DNA of 64,000 nt from positions 44,020,001 through 44,084,000 of the forward strand of contig NC_043007.1 of the NCBI RefSeq assembly GCF_006345805.1. Reading direction: 5' to 3'. Shown one piece after another: positions 62,716 to 64,000 of this stretch. A program made the translations under genes and the position numbers. Numbering within the stretch: the first letter of the stretch is position 1; each line of letters opens with the position of its first letter. The stretch comes from Octopus sinensis (Eukaryota). Under the pieces are notes generated by a model. That model saw nothing but the letters and a program-made list of their open reading frames with translations, had not been told where the DNA came from and made no database searches.

Positions 62716-62754
<39 letters not shown>

Positions 62755-64000
62755 ATGTATGTGTGTGTTTCTGTGTACTGTTGTATGGACATCATATGAT
62801 GGTTATAAAAGAATCACTTTGTCATAAAGTCTTCTGTGTAAAGCATCTCTAGCTATGGGAAAATATTCTCTTATTAGGAAATTGATGAAGGCTGGAGACA
62901 GTATGGGCATCCAGCAATAGAAAATTTGCTTCAATAAATTCTGTCTGACCCATGCAAGCAGGGAAAAGTAGTTGTTCAATGATGATGATAAGTAGACTTA
63001 AATTGTTAAATGTTTCTTCATCCATCCCTCTGACAGATTACCATTAGTGTAAATAATATAAACAGTATGGAATATAGTTAGAAAGTTAATTTATTGATCA
63101 TCATCATCATTTAACATCCATCTTCTATGCATGCATAGGTAGGATGTTTGACAGGAGCCAGCCAGGTAAAAAAACTACTGTGTCTATTTTGGTAGGGTTT
63201 TTATGGCTGGATGCCCTTCCTAACACCAACCACTCTGTAAATTCTCCAAAATTAAAGTGTTTTAACAAAGTGAAATGAAGTGAAGAACTGATATAATCAT
63301 CATCATTTAACGTCCATTTTCCATGCTGGAATGGGTTGAATGGTTTGATTGAAAATTGGTAAGCTGGGGAGCTGCATCAGGTTCCAATCTGATTTGGCAT
63401 GGTTTCTATGGCTGGTTACCCTTCCTAATATCAACCATTCCAAGAGTGTAGTGAGTGCTTTTTACATGCCACCAGCACAGGTGCCCGTTATATAACACTG
63501 GCATCAGCTACAATCACAATCTCACTTAGCTTGACAGGTTTTCTCAAGAACAGTATATTGTCAAAGATTTCAGTCACTTTTTATTGCCTATAAATTAAAT
63601 TTGTAGATCTTAAGAGAAACAGCAGAAAGTTTATCATGCAGCAAAAACAATTACTACAGGTTGTATATTTACACTGAAGGACATAATGCAACCATTATTA
63701 TAACTTTTTTTAACATCATCCAATCCATTCTGGTATGAATTGTATAGGAAATCATGGCCTATGTCTATCTTTGTTCAGAGTTACTACCTTCCTCATGAAT
63801 TAGTAGACCATGTCTTGTTTGTACGTCTCAATTTTTGGCCAAGATTCTACAACAGGATGCCCTTCCTAATGCTAACCCCTTTCCAAAGTGTACAGGGTGC
63901 ATTTTATAGTCACACTAGGATTAGAAAATCTGTCCTATCATTGGCTCCTCTCAGCCCTATATTGTCATAGTAATAACTAAATAAATGTGAAGTGGTGAAT

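Noticed and set aside
61493-64000. Search for the upstream PUS10 exons
   Set aside because: No segment with suitable splice sites and PUS10-like translation was found; they probably lie beyond the window.

Overview
AT-rich, repeat-dense animal genomic DNA, not prokaryotic. The RTE LINEs, (GAT)n-tailed tRNA-derived SINEs and long (TA)n tracts look like an octopus/coleoid cephalopod genome (inference). Two spliced genes lie in tandem on the minus strand. (1) A complete 7-exon RDH11/12/13-like short-chain dehydrogenase (CDS 23227->3379, 1002 bp, 333 aa) in which the catalytic Ser position is Ala. (2) The last 15 coding exons of tRNA pseudouridine synthase PUS10 (61492->30801; the 5' exons were not found and probably lie beyond the window), including a U12-type intron. 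Introns and intergenic DNA hold a near-full-length decayed RTE LINE, Helitrons, Tc1/mariner elements, a 600-bp solo LTR with TSD, piggyBac, Gypsy, CR1/Jockey and Penelope (GIY-YIG) remnants, and several SINE families. The most striking unannotated signal is a set of short non-coding elements inserted in (TA)n microsatellites that carry type I hammerhead-ribozyme folds. The best is a 362-bp-period retrozyme/Penelope-like element with a compensatory U3-A8 core, whose first copy starts at the predicted self-cleavage site and is preceded by a perfect 169-bp foldback. All calls were made by eye with no searches run. The 56.4-60.3 kb region looks like lower-accuracy long-read consensus.
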